A stretch of 32,000 bases of DNA from Candidatus Saccharimonadota bacterium (GTDB lineage Archaea > Micrarchaeota > Micrarchaeia > Micrarchaeales > Micrarchaeaceae). Shown here piece by piece: positions 1 through 9,164 of this stretch. Under the pieces are notes generated by a model, which was not told the origin of the DNA, made no database searches, and was given only the letters and a program-made list of their open reading frames with translations. How positions within the stretch are numbered: position 1 is the first letter of the stretch; each line of letters begins with the position of its first letter. The DNA lies in assembly GCA_963705375.1 (NCBI GenBank), contig OY970071.1, positions 540,001 to 572,000 of the forward strand. The letters are read 5' to 3'. A program made the translations under genes and the position numbers.

Positions 1-1
1 G

Positions 2-811
2 ATCATGGCATGGATGATGGATGAGTACAGCAAGATGATGGGCAAGAACTGCTTCGGCGTGATAACCGGCAAGCCCATCGAGGTATGGGGCTCGCAAGGC
101 AGAGGCGATGCGACAGCAATGGGAGGCATGTACGTCCTCAGAGAGGCGGCAAAGGAGAAAGGTATCAACCTCAAGAATGCCACGATAGCGATACAAGGAT
201 TCGGCAACGCAGGCAACTTCGCCTTCGCACTTTCCAGAAAGCTGTTCGGCAGCAAGGTCGTCGCGGTGAGCGATTCTGCCGGAGGGATATACAACAAACA
301 GGGGCTTGACTATGACAAGTGCGTCGAGGCAAAGCAGAAGGCAGGCAGCGTTCAGTCATATGGGAAAGGAGAAAAGATAACGAACGCGGAACTGTTGGAG
401 CTCGACGTCGACGTGCTGATACCCGCAGCGATAGAGAACCAGATAACAGGCAGCAATGCCGATAGGATAAACACGAAGATACTTCTTGAGCTGGCAAACG
501 GGCCGGTCACCCCTGAAGCAGACAGGATACTTGCGGAGAAGAAGATCTTCAACCTGCCGGACTTCTTGGTGAACTCAGGCGGAGTGATAGTCTCTTACTT
601 CGAGTGGGTGCAGAACATGCAGGGCTATTACTGGACTGCAGACGAGGTCTACAAGCGCCTCGACACAATAATGACGCGCTCTTTCAAAGACGTCATGGAA
701 ACGCAGAAAGCCTATGAAAAGAAGGGCACAAAGATGAATGCAAGGAATGCGGCATATGTGATTGCGGTCGACAGGGTCCTGAAGGCTATGAAGTATCGTG
801 GCTGGTACTGA
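2..811 (+). CDS. gdhA: Glutamate dehydrogenase (Glu/Leu/Phe/Val dehydrogenase family), C-terminal part. The 5' end lies outside the window.
   Basis: The ORF is open from the window edge. It has the NAD(P)-binding Rossmann motif IQGFGNAGN and the conserved C-terminal GGVIVSYFEWVQN, both typical of GDH. Confidence 0.9.
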   Translation: MMAWMMDEYSKMMGKNCFGVITGKPIEVWGSQGRGDATAMGGMYVLREAAKEKGINLKNATIAIQGFGNAGNFAFALSRKLFGSKVVAVSDSAGGIYNKQGLDYDKCVEAKQKAGSVQSYGKGEKITNAELLELDVDVLIPAAIENQITGSNADRINTKILLELANGPVTPEADRILAEKKIFNLPDFLVNSGGVIVSYFEWVQNMQGYYWTADEVYKRLDTIMTRSFKDVMETQKAYEKKGTKMNARNAAYVIAVDRVLKAMKYRGWY

Positions 812-860
812 ACAGTATCACAACACACATTGCACTTGCACGCGAAGCTTAGGATACGGC

Positions 861-2921
861 TTATTCAGTGTCGTGCCTTACTAACTTGACCACGCCTGAT
901 CGCGGCCGGAAGATGTCGCCGCTGCGCTCGAGCTCGTTTATGTACTTGTTCGTGGTCGTCTCATCGATGCCATCCTTGATGGCTTCCTCTACGACGCGGG
1001 GTATGCGCGCCATGCCTTCTTCTGCCTCGAGCTTGCTTATCACAGCAAGCACCGTGTTCATCTTATCGACCTTCTCCCTTGGCATGCCGGTGAGCAGTAT
1101 GTCAACGTCACGGCGCCCTCCGCGGTCTATCGCAAGGGTCTTGAGCATGAACTCACTGAGCTTGATCGCTTTCTCGGCATCCGAGACTTCCACCATATGT
1201 GAGAGACGGGTCTTTGCACTGGCTTCCGACATGCGCACAAGGCCCTCTATTTGCCTGGGGGTTATAGGCACAGTGCCCATCCTAGAACCGATCTTCCTTA
1301 GCTCTATATAGTAGTCCTGTATTTTGCTTGCTGCCTCGTCACCAAGCCTCGGCAGTATGTTTTTCTTGGCGTATGCGATGTACTTCCTGAGAAGCTCTGT
1401 GCCTATAGGTGGCCTTTCCACTTGAGCATATTCCTTGACAGATGCGAGCTGCGCGCCCGCAGCGGTGTGCTGTGTAAGTATGTGCCTTGCTATGTTTCTG
1501 TCAAGTTCGTCGTCAAGGATGTCCTTTATCGGGAATATCAGGTCGAATCTGCTGAGCAGCGTAGGGGGTATGTCAAACTGTTCTGCAGGATATATGTTGG
1601 GGTCGAACCTTCCATAGCGCGGGTTGGCAGCGGCAAGGACTGCGGTCTTCGCCAGGAACCTCGCAACTATGCCTGCTTTCGCTATGCTTATCGACTGCGA
1701 CTCCAGAGCTTCGTGCAAGGAGCTTCTGTCTTCGGAATCAATCTTGTCGAATTCGTCTATGCAGCATATACCGCCACTAGCCAGCACCAAGGCACCTGCC
1801 CTGAGGGTCCACCCATACTCTGCAAACTCGTCCCTTTCTGCGACTGCAGTCATGCCTCCGCCTGTGACGGATTTGCCACTGACGTATATTCCTTTAGGGA
1901 CTAAGCTGGAGACAGTCTGCAGTATCCTTGTCTTTGCGCTGCCAGGATCGCCTATGAGCAGGATGTGCATGTCGCCTCTTATGACACCGCCATCAACGAG
2001 TATCTTTCCGGGCGTTCCGCCGAACAGCTGCAGCACTATCGCCTGCTTTATCTCGTCGTGGCCGTATATAGAAGGCACGATGGACTTCGCTATGTTCTCG
2101 AAGATGTTCGGGTCTTTTGCCAGCTCCTTTATTTCGCGCTCTTCCGCTTCGCTTATCGGGATGTCGATGAATTCCCTCTGTTTCTGGACTACTGACACAG
2201 TGTCTAGGAACATCGTGTAGAGGTTCTTCTCCAGCTTGCCGCGCTGATTCCTTCTAGGGCGTATTCGTAAAATTCCTGTGATCTCTAGCCGGTCGCCAGG
2301 CAGCACGGTGTTCACGAGGTCGTCTTCGATCCACGCTTCTAGCTGCCATGTTGGTGCACTGCCCTTGAGCTTTTCAAGCGGGTCCTGCAACGATATTCTC
2401 TGAAGGTTTATGAACTGTGACTCTTCCTGATCCTGTTTCATCGATTTCCTCTTGCACTCCGGACACAGCTCAGGGATCTCGTCGCGGTCAATGCGCAGCT
2501 TGTATGTCGCATTGCAGTACGTGCACCTGTAGAAGCCAACGTGCACCTTCGGGTTTATCTCGGAACGTTTCACGATCAGCCCATCGAGAAGCAGGAGCTT
2601 GCCTATGTATTTTGACCCGACGTCCTGGACCATCGGGTTGTTGACTGTCTGACCGAAGAACCTGACATGGGGCTCTACATTATCCTTGTTGTAATCCTGA
2701 AGCTTCTGCTTCAGGGATTCCGTAGCGGCCTCTATCACATTGTCAGGCCGGTCTATGAGCTCGTTCGCAAGCTCGGGATCATACCTGCCCAGGATCTTGG
2801 AGTCTACGCGAAGGCTTCTATTATCAGGAAATGTGGTTAGGATCTCTGCTATCTCGTCCTTGTAGTAGGAGTCGAAGAAATCGTCGAACTTAGCCTTTAT
2901 GGACTCGAGTTGAGTGTCCAT
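861..2921 (-). CDS. mcm: MCM replicative helicase
   Basis: 686 aa. It has a C4 zinc finger (CTYCN...CPECK), Walker A GDPGSAKT, Walker B CCIDEFDK and the arginine-finger region SRFDLIF. Confidence 0.95.
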   Translation of the reverse strand: MDTQLESIKAKFDDFFDSYYKDEIAEILTTFPDNRSLRVDSKILGRYDPELANELIDRPDNVIEAATESLKQKLQDYNKDNVEPHVRFFGQTVNNPMVQDVGSKYIGKLLLLDGLIVKRSEINPKVHVGFYRCTYCNATYKLRIDRDEIPELCPECKRKSMKQDQEESQFINLQRISLQDPLEKLKGSAPTWQLEAWIEDDLVNTVLPGDRLEITGILRIRPRRNQRGKLEKNLYTMFLDTVSVVQKQREFIDIPISEAEEREIKELAKDPNIFENIAKSIVPSIYGHDEIKQAIVLQLFGGTPGKILVDGGVIRGDMHILLIGDPGSAKTRILQTVSSLVPKGIYVSGKSVTGGGMTAVAERDEFAEYGWTLRAGALVLASGGICCIDEFDKIDSEDRSSLHEALESQSISIAKAGIVARFLAKTAVLAAANPRYGRFDPNIYPAEQFDIPPTLLSRFDLIFPIKDILDDELDRNIARHILTQHTAAGAQLASVKEYAQVERPPIGTELLRKYIAYAKKNILPRLGDEAASKIQDYYIELRKIGSRMGTVPITPRQIEGLVRMSEASAKTRLSHMVEVSDAEKAIKLSEFMLKTLAIDRGGRRDVDILLTGMPREKVDKMNTVLAVISKLEAEEGMARIPRVVEEAIKDGIDETTTNKYINELERSGDIFRPRSGVVKLVRHDTE

Positions 2922-2998
2922 CCTACCCCCTACGATAATAAGCTTAAATGCTTAACATTCATAAACCTTCTATAAGGAAGTAAGGACTTCCGCTATTC

Positions 2999-3004
2999 GG
3001 TGAT
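2999..3004 (+). promoter_or_regulatory. Shine-Dalgarno-like site for metG
   Basis: GGTGAT is complementary to the 16S 3' end in this window (GATCACCTCA). It lies 3 nt upstream of the TTG start at 3008. Confidence 0.45.
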
Positions 3005-3007
3005 TGA

Positions 3008-4660
3008 TTGGCAAAATTTATTGTTACGGCTGCGCTGCCCTATGCTGAGGGCATAATGCATCTGGGCAACATGGTCGGCAGCGTGCTGCCTGCGGACGTT
3101 TACCACAAATATCTGACTTTCAAGGGTGAAGACTCGATATTCATATGCGGGTCGGACCAGCACGGCACACCCATAGAGGTGAAAGCACTGGAAAAGAGGG
3201 TTGCGCCAGAAGTGCTTGCCGAAGAGATCCACGGGCTGACAAAGAAGGCGCTCCTCGATTTCGGCTGCACGTTCACGCATTACGGCAAGACCAACACAGA
3301 GGAGAACAAGAGCACTGTTTATGAGATATTCGAGGCTCTCATGAAAAACAACCTAATCATAGAGACTGCGACAGAGATGCCTTACTGCAGCATAGACAAG
3401 CGCTACCTGCCCGATAGGTTCATCGAAGGGACATGCCCGTACTGCAAGAAGGAGGGTGCACGGGGAGATCAGTGCGACAGCTGCGGACACTTGCTTGAAC
3501 CGAGGAGCCTGATAGCGCCGCACTGCAGAATATGCGCGAACACGAACATAGTGTTCAGGCCTGTCAAGAATCTTGCCATCGACCTGAAAACGCTGCAGCC
3601 GAAGATAGAGGCGTTTGTCAGCACCAACTCGAAGAACAAGTGGAGCAAGAATGCGGTCAATGCGCCGAAGCCATACTTCAAAGAAGGGCTCAGGCCAAGG
3701 GACATCACACGCAACCTCAAATGGGGATTCCCTGTACCTGTCAAGGGTTTTGAGGATGCGACGTTCTACGTCTGGTTCGATGCTCCGATAGGATACATTG
3801 GCATAACAAGAGAGACCGTCAAGGACTGGAGGAAGTACTGGACAGACAAAGAGAGAAAGCTTGTACAGTTCATGGGCAAGGACAACATCGAGTTCCACAC
3901 GATCATGTGGCCCGGAATGCTCATTGGTGCTGATCTCGGCTACATACTTCCGACGACAATAAGGGCTTCAGAGTGGCTTACAGCAAAAGGCATAAAGTTC
4001 TCTAAGAGCAAGGGCGTTGGCCTCAACATACAGAACGCACTCGACATAGTAGGGCCTGATTACTGGCGCTTTGCGCTCATGCACCTGTACCCGGAGACAG
4101 CAGACTCTGAATTCTCGATAGCAGGATTCGTGGACATAGTCAACAACATGATGAATGACGCCATAGGAAATTTCGTTCATAGGGCACTCACCCTATACAA
4201 GAACAACGCTGACATTCTGAAGGGTGGCGCAGCAGAGTCTGAGGACCTCATCCAGAACATAAAGAACATAGAGGAATCTTATGAGAAGAGCTTTGAAAAG
4301 CTGGAACTGAGAGAGGCACTCTTCAGCGTGTTAGAGCTTGCGAACTACGGCAACGAGATAATGAGCACAAGGGAGCCGTGGGCGATGGCGAGCGGTGCTA
4401 AGACCGACGAGAAGAGCAGAAAGGAATTCGTAGAGATAATGAACACGCTGCTCAGAATCGCAAGGGACATCGGCGTGCTGCTATGGCCCTTCACACCTCA
4501 TGCCAGCTCCAAAATATGCGCTTACTTTGGCATAAAGCAGGCCACGTATGCAGAGCTCAATAACAAGGTGGCTGTAAACCTTGATGAGCCGTTAAGGCCT
4601 GTGTTCAGCAAGATAACAGAAAGGGAACTTGCACTCCTTGAGAAGTTCGCAAAGGAATAA
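3008..4660 (+). CDS. metG: Methionyl-tRNA synthetase, catalytic core without the C-terminal tRNA-binding domain
   Basis: TTG start. Class I motifs are present: the HIGH variant HLGN and the KMSKS variant KFSKSKG. It also has zinc-knuckle cysteines (CPYC...CDSC...CRIC). Confidence 0.9.
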   Translation: MAKFIVTAALPYAEGIMHLGNMVGSVLPADVYHKYLTFKGEDSIFICGSDQHGTPIEVKALEKRVAPEVLAEEIHGLTKKALLDFGCTFTHYGKTNTEENKSTVYEIFEALMKNNLIIETATEMPYCSIDKRYLPDRFIEGTCPYCKKEGARGDQCDSCGHLLEPRSLIAPHCRICANTNIVFRPVKNLAIDLKTLQPKIEAFVSTNSKNKWSKNAVNAPKPYFKEGLRPRDITRNLKWGFPVPVKGFEDATFYVWFDAPIGYIGITRETVKDWRKYWTDKERKLVQFMGKDNIEFHTIMWPGMLIGADLGYILPTTIRASEWLTAKGIKFSKSKGVGLNIQNALDIVGPDYWRFALMHLYPETADSEFSIAGFVDIVNNMMNDAIGNFVHRALTLYKNNADILKGGAAESEDLIQNIKNIEESYEKSFEKLELREALFSVLELANYGNEIMSTREPWAMASGAKTDEKSRKEFVEIMNTLLRIARDIGVLLWPFTPHASSKICAYFGIKQATYAELNNKVAVNLDEPLRPVFSKITERELALLEKFAKE

Positions 4661-4666
4661 GCACCA

Positions 4667-4993
4667 TCAGCCGACTTTGCTTCCCGGAGCTAGAGGCTTG
4701 TCAGGCCTTATGAGCCGTACATTCTCACCTTCCTGCGCGGCAAGGAGCATGCCTTCGGACAGATAAGCGCCGACCTTCTTGGGCTCCAGGTTCGCGACAA
4801 CAACGATGTAGCTGTCCAGCAATTCTTCCTTCGTATAATAACCACGTATGCCAGCCACTATGGTCTTGATGCCCAGTTCGCCAAGATCGACCTTGAGTAG
4901 ATACATGGGCTTCCTTGTATCGTTCAGCTCATCTACGGCCAGTATCTTGCCTATGCGCAAATCTACTGCACCGAATTCGTTTATTGATACCAT
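4667..4993 (-). CDS. Stand-alone tRNA-binding domain protein (Trbp111/CsaA/EMAPII-like OB fold), homologous to the MetRS C-terminal domain
   Basis: The sequence DLRIGKILAV...KVDLGE...IVAGI...VVVANLEPKK...SEGMLLA is typical of this domain. The second ATG (4993) is preferred because GGTG lies 5 nt upstream. An alternative ATG is at 5011. Confidence 0.8.
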   Translation of the reverse strand: MVSINEFGAVDLRIGKILAVDELNDTRKPMYLLKVDLGELGIKTIVAGIRGYYTKEELLDSYIVVVANLEPKKVGAYLSEGMLLAAQEGENVRLIRPDKPLAPGSKVG

Positions 4994-5113
4994 AAAAACA
5001 CCACAATGCATTAAGCTTCAGGCATAATTAAAAGCGCAGATAATATTAAACATTATTGTTAAGGTACTTATCTTGGACTGTGAAAAAATAACGCAAAGCG
5101 TGACGGTATCATC

Positions 5114-6634
5114 ATGGTGCACAAACCAATAGTTGTTTTGATCAGGGATGGCTGGGGCTATCGCAAGAATCAGGAATTCAACGCGACTGTACAGGGAGAT
5201 TGCCCGTTCACGGACGAACTCATGAAAATGTATCCGAACACGCGCCTTCATGCCGCAGGCGAAGCGGTGGGCCTTCCTGAAGGATATCAAGGAAATTCAG
5301 AAGTCGGCCACATGACAATAGGTGCAGGCAGGATATTGCTGCAGCCGATGGTCGCGATAAACAGGGCAATAGAAGACCGGAGCTTTTTCAAGAACACGGC
5401 TTTGCTTGGAGCGATCGAGAACTGCAAGAAGAACAACACGAACCTTCACATACTAGGGCTTCTCCAGAAGGAAGGCGTGCATGCGCACCTGAACCACTGC
5501 ATCGCCCTGCTGGAACTGTGCAAGGAGCACGACTTCCCAAGGGTTTTCGTGCACGTGATATCGGACGGCAGGGACGCGCCGGTGAATAACACGATAAAGA
5601 ATGTGAGACTGCTTTCGAGAAAAATGAAGGAGCTCGGCATCGGCCGCATAGCGACAATCTCAGGAAGATACTATGCGATGGACCGGGACAAGAACTGGAA
5701 CCGGACGAAAGCCGCGTACGATTGCATCGCCGAAGGCAAGGCCGAGCGCTCGTTCGATGACCCGATAAGCTGCTTCAAACAATGCTATTCGACGGGCGAG
5801 ACCGACGAGTTCATAGTCCCCAGGAAAGCCGCATGGTATGAAGGCATCAAAACAAACGACTCTGTGATATTTTATAATTTCAGGACCGACAGAACCAGGC
5901 AGCTCACTAAAGCCATGATCGAGGAAGGGTTTGAGGGCTGGCAGAAGAAGCCGCTGGAAGTATATTTCGTGGCGATGACTGAGTATTATGCGCCTATGAA
6001 TCGGAGGGCGCATGTTGCTTTTGTTTCGCAAAACATGAACAATCTGCTCGGCACGGTGATAGCGGACAACGGCCTGAGGCAGTTGAGGATTTCCGAGACA
6101 GAAAAATACGCGCACGTGACGTTCTTCTTCAACGGCCAATCGGAACAGCCGAACAGAGGAGAGGACAGGGTACTGATCCCAAGCCCTAAGGTGGCAACAT
6201 ACGACCTGAAGCCCGAAATGTCTGTGTACGAACTAGGCGACAGAATAGGACAGGAGATAGACCGGAACGTGTACGATATCATAATCACAAACTTCGTCAA
6301 TGGCGACATGGTGGGCCACACAGGGATCTGGCAAGCGATACTCAAGGCTGTCAAAGCTGTAGACGACAACGTCAAGAAGGTTGTGGACAAGACGCTTGAG
6401 AAAGACGGCGTTGTGCTGATCCTTTCAGATCACGGCAATTGCGAGAACAAAACAGGAAAATGGTCGACATCACACACTATCAACCAAGTACCATTCATCA
6501 TGGTCAGTAGTGATCCGTTGCTGATGAAATCCAAACTCAAGAAAGGAAAGGGCCTGAAAGATGTTGCACCGACAGTCTTGAAACTGCTAGGAATAGAGAG
6601 GCCCAAGGAGATGGACGGGGAGAGTCTTTTCTAA
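5114..6634 (+). CDS. gpmI: 2,3-bisphosphoglycerate-independent phosphoglycerate mutase, long GpmI type
   Basis: 506 aa. It has GNSEVGHMTIGAGRI, DGRD and the C-terminal SDHGN metal-site motifs. Confidence 0.9.
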   Translation: MVHKPIVVLIRDGWGYRKNQEFNATVQGDCPFTDELMKMYPNTRLHAAGEAVGLPEGYQGNSEVGHMTIGAGRILLQPMVAINRAIEDRSFFKNTALLGAIENCKKNNTNLHILGLLQKEGVHAHLNHCIALLELCKEHDFPRVFVHVISDGRDAPVNNTIKNVRLLSRKMKELGIGRIATISGRYYAMDRDKNWNRTKAAYDCIAEGKAERSFDDPISCFKQCYSTGETDEFIVPRKAAWYEGIKTNDSVIFYNFRTDRTRQLTKAMIEEGFEGWQKKPLEVYFVAMTEYYAPMNRRAHVAFVSQNMNNLLGTVIADNGLRQLRISETEKYAHVTFFFNGQSEQPNRGEDRVLIPSPKVATYDLKPEMSVYELGDRIGQEIDRNVYDIIITNFVNGDMVGHTGIWQAILKAVKAVDDNVKKVVDKTLEKDGVVLILSDHGNCENKTGKWSTSHTINQVPFIMVSSDPLLMKSKLKKGKGLKDVAPTVLKLLGIERPKEMDGESLF

Positions 6635-6718
6635 TAGAGCAACGCCGAAGTCATTACCCTGGTCGGAGATAAACCCCACCTTCAGGCTGAGGAGCGAATC
6701 CGACACATTCTTTGTTGC

Positions 6719-6949
6719 TCAGGGTTTTACCTTTTTCTGACCTGCCCTCCAATAGGCCAATGCACCTGACACCCAAGAAATCAATAATCCAACTCCAACT
6801 CCCCGAAAGTATGCATTTTCTATCAGATGCCCGATTAAGAACGCAGGTATGCTCACGACAAATCCCAAAAGAACCAAATAGAACAAGGTCCTTTTCCAGA
6901 TATTTTTCCCTTCCACGTTTTTCAACTCGTGTCTTGATTTACTTAGCAC
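6719..6949 (-). CDS. Small membrane protein with two predicted TM helices
   Basis: 76-aa ORF with two hydrophobic segments. Its start overlaps the enolase stop by 11 nt, which suggests co-transcription. No recognisable family. Confidence 0.45.
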   Translation of the reverse strand: MLSKSRHELKNVEGKNIWKRTLFYLVLLGFVVSIPAFLIGHLIENAYFRGVGVGLLISWVSGALAYWRAGQKKVKP

Positions 6950-8153
6950 CCACCTCTGCCTCTTCTATCCGTATCAGTTCATTGTGTTTCGCTGTGCGCT
7001 CGCCACCTATCGTGCCAGTCTTGATGTACCTTATGCCAAGACCTACAGCAAGATGCGCTATCGTTGAGTCTTCGGTTTCGCCGCTCCTGTGAGATATCAC
7101 GGTCTCGTAGTTGTGCTTCTTCGCGAGATCGACCGTCTCGATCATATCAGTGAGCGTACCGATCTGGTTCGGCTTGATGAGCACGCCGTTTGCAGCACCG
7201 GCCTTTATGCCGATATCGAGCCGCTTCTTGTTGGTGACGAAGAGGTCATCGCCGACTATTATTGTATTTTTGCCTATTCTCTTCGTGAGCGCGGCGAATC
7301 CTTCGAAATCGTTCTCTTCGAGAGGATCCTCTATGATCTTCAGCGAGAACTTTTCAGCCATGTCCGCGATGAAATCTATCTGCTCAGACTGCGTGCGCTT
7401 CCTGTCTTTGTATTCGTACACGCCGTTGTTGTAGAAAGAAGTCGCTGCGAGGTCTAGTGCAGAGCCCATGCGTATCCCAGTCTCGTTGCTTGCGTACTTT
7501 ATAGCCTCAGATAGCGTTTCTAGCGCACTCACGTCATCAAGCGCAGCCACCCACGCCTTTTCGTCGCCAAGACCTATAGGATAGTCCGGAAAACGCTTCT
7601 TTAGGAGCTCTCCGGTCTTTTTGTGCGCCTTTGCGTTAGCGAATGCCGAATCGAAATAATTGTTGCCCATTGCAAGCGAAAGGAATTCCTGCATTGTTGT
7701 GCCGTTGATCGCATGCTTGCCCCCGCCTATTATGTTCCCAAGAGGATGTGGCATCACGGCGTTGCCGTTTTTCAGGATGCGCCGGTACAGCTCAACGCTT
7801 TCAGACTTTGCGGCAGCCTTGGCAACAGCGAGAGATGCCGCAATGGCTATGTTGCCACCGATCGAGGAGAAGTCGGCAGTTCCGTCGATGCTGTGCAGGA
7901 GTTTGTCGAATGCACTCTGGTTTAGAAGATCGTTGCCCACCAGCTTCTGAGCGACAGACGACCTGAACTTTGCGATGCCAGCATCTATGCCTTCCTTCGG
8001 GTATTCTTTCACTTCGAATGCGCCCTTGCTTGCGCCTGAAGGTGCAGCGGCACGACCCATAGCCCCGTCGCTCGCCGCAATATCTACCTCCACGGTGGGA
8101 TTGCCTCTGGAGTCTATTATCTTGCGTATCTTTACCGAACGTATCTCTACCAT
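6939..8153 (-). CDS. eno: Enolase
   Basis: N-terminus MVEIRSVKIRKIIDSRGNPTVEVD and C-terminal SHRSGETEDSTIAHLAV. The ATG at 8153 is preferred over the upstream TTG at 8183. Confidence 0.93.
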   Translation of the reverse strand: MVEIRSVKIRKIIDSRGNPTVEVDIAASDGAMGRAAAPSGASKGAFEVKEYPKEGIDAGIAKFRSSVAQKLVGNDLLNQSAFDKLLHSIDGTADFSSIGGNIAIAASLAVAKAAAKSESVELYRRILKNGNAVMPHPLGNIIGGGKHAINGTTMQEFLSLAMGNNYFDSAFANAKAHKKTGELLKKRFPDYPIGLGDEKAWVAALDDVSALETLSEAIKYASNETGIRMGSALDLAATSFYNNGVYEYKDRKRTQSEQIDFIADMAEKFSLKIIEDPLEENDFEGFAALTKRIGKNTIIVGDDLFVTNKKRLDIGIKAGAANGVLIKPNQIGTLTDMIETVDLAKKHNYETVISHRSGETEDSTIAHLAVGLGIRYIKTGTIGGERTAKHNELIRIEEAEVGAK

Positions 8154-8249
8154 TTTAACAACCCAAAGATACTGAGCCCACAAAGGTATAAATACATTGG
8201 ATATATTAACGATATATCAATTCTCAACCATCTGTACGTTTGTGATATC

Positions 8250-8642
8250 ATGAGCCAGTTTAGGAAGCAACATCACGGAAGATCGAACACGAAGAGTTCA
8301 GGCAACGGAAAGAAACGGCTTAAGTTCAGGGACAAGCTTAGGAGCGAGAGCGGCAACTATTTTGTTGCAACCAGATTGGCAGACGCCAACAGCCTTACGC
8401 ACATCAGGCGCAAGGGCGGTGCTTCAGGAATAAGGCTGAAAGCAGCGGCATTTGCCAATGTGCTGACAAGCAGCGGCTACAAGAAGGTAAAGATAACAAG
8501 GATTGTAGAGGCTAAGAGCAACAGAAACTTTGCAAGGCAAAACATAATCACGAAAGGGGCTGTTGTCGCGACCGAGCTTGGCAATGCCATTGTGCTAAAC
8601 AGGCCAGGCAGGGAAGGCACGATAAACGCGAAGCTTATTTGA
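8250..8642 (+). CDS. rps8e: 30S ribosomal protein S8e
   Basis: 130 aa, with a basic N-terminus (GRS..K.SG.GKKR), RRKGG and the C-terminal NRPGREGTINAKLI pattern of archaeal S8e. Confidence 0.9.
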   Translation: MSQFRKQHHGRSNTKSSGNGKKRLKFRDKLRSESGNYFVATRLADANSLTHIRRKGGASGIRLKAAAFANVLTSSGYKKVKITRIVEAKSNRNFARQNIITKGAVVATELGNAIVLNRPGREGTINAKLI

Positions 8643-9119
8643 TTGGGTGTTGGATTGCCTGTCCGTGTCTACGAATGCGATAGATCCGAAGCAGATGCGC
8701 TGAAGAAAGTCCTGGAGTACGACCCTTACACTGATGCTAGCCTCATACCTTCCGCACCAAGAAGCGCAGACAAACCTGCGGACAAGCTCACAGAGAGCGA
8801 AAAGAAAGAGGTCGAAGAGTATGAGAAGAAGGCGCAAGAGGTGCGCGAGAAGCTGAGCAAAGATCCCAGGGCACAGACCATATTTGTGAGGCAGGGATGC
8901 AACCTGAAAGACGGCGCAATAGTGGGCCTGAATGCGAACAAGCTTTACCTTTACGTCAATGCTGCTGAGGATTTCTTCCCAAAGGCAGAGCAGCGCTTCA
9001 AGAATGAGTTCAAGACCATCAAGAGAGCCGAGAAGAAGGATGAAGACGCGGTAATCGCAGCGATAAAGAAAGATGAAGACAATGCAGGGTCAGGCTTCGG
9101 TTCGATATTCGGTGGTTAG
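8643..9119 (+). CDS. Hypothetical acidic protein with a ribosomal-stalk-like C-terminal tail
   Basis: The ORF has no internal ATG. TTG codons occur at 8643, abutting the S8e stop, and at 8655. The 8655 TTG is preceded by GGGTG with a 5-nt spacer. The C-terminus is DEDNAGSGFGSIFGG. Confidence 0.6.
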   Translation: MGVGLPVRVYECDRSEADALKKVLEYDPYTDASLIPSAPRSADKPADKLTESEKKEVEEYEKKAQEVREKLSKDPRAQTIFVRQGCNLKDGAIVGLNANKLYLYVNAAEDFFPKAEQRFKNEFKTIKRAEKKDEDAVIAAIKKDEDNAGSGFGSIFGG

Positions 9120-9164
9120 CTGCACATACTTGAAATCGATTCGCTATCCAAAGACCACATAAAC

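Noticed and set aside
5114-6634. Bacterial-type (GpmI) rather than ApgM-type phosphoglycerate mutase in an archaeon, as a possible horizontal transfer
   Set aside because: GpmI-type enzymes occur in several archaeal groups, and nothing in the local sequence (composition or flanks) marks the gene as foreign.
6635-6720. A 7-bp inverted repeat (GAGCAAC ... GTTGCTC) enclosing about 70 nt between the convergent gpmI and small-membrane-protein genes. I considered a tRNA or small RNA.
   Set aside because: I could not build a cloverleaf. There is no T-arm next to the putative acceptor stem and no U8 or GG D-loop. No C/D or H/ACA boxes were found. It may simply be a bidirectional terminator-like structure.
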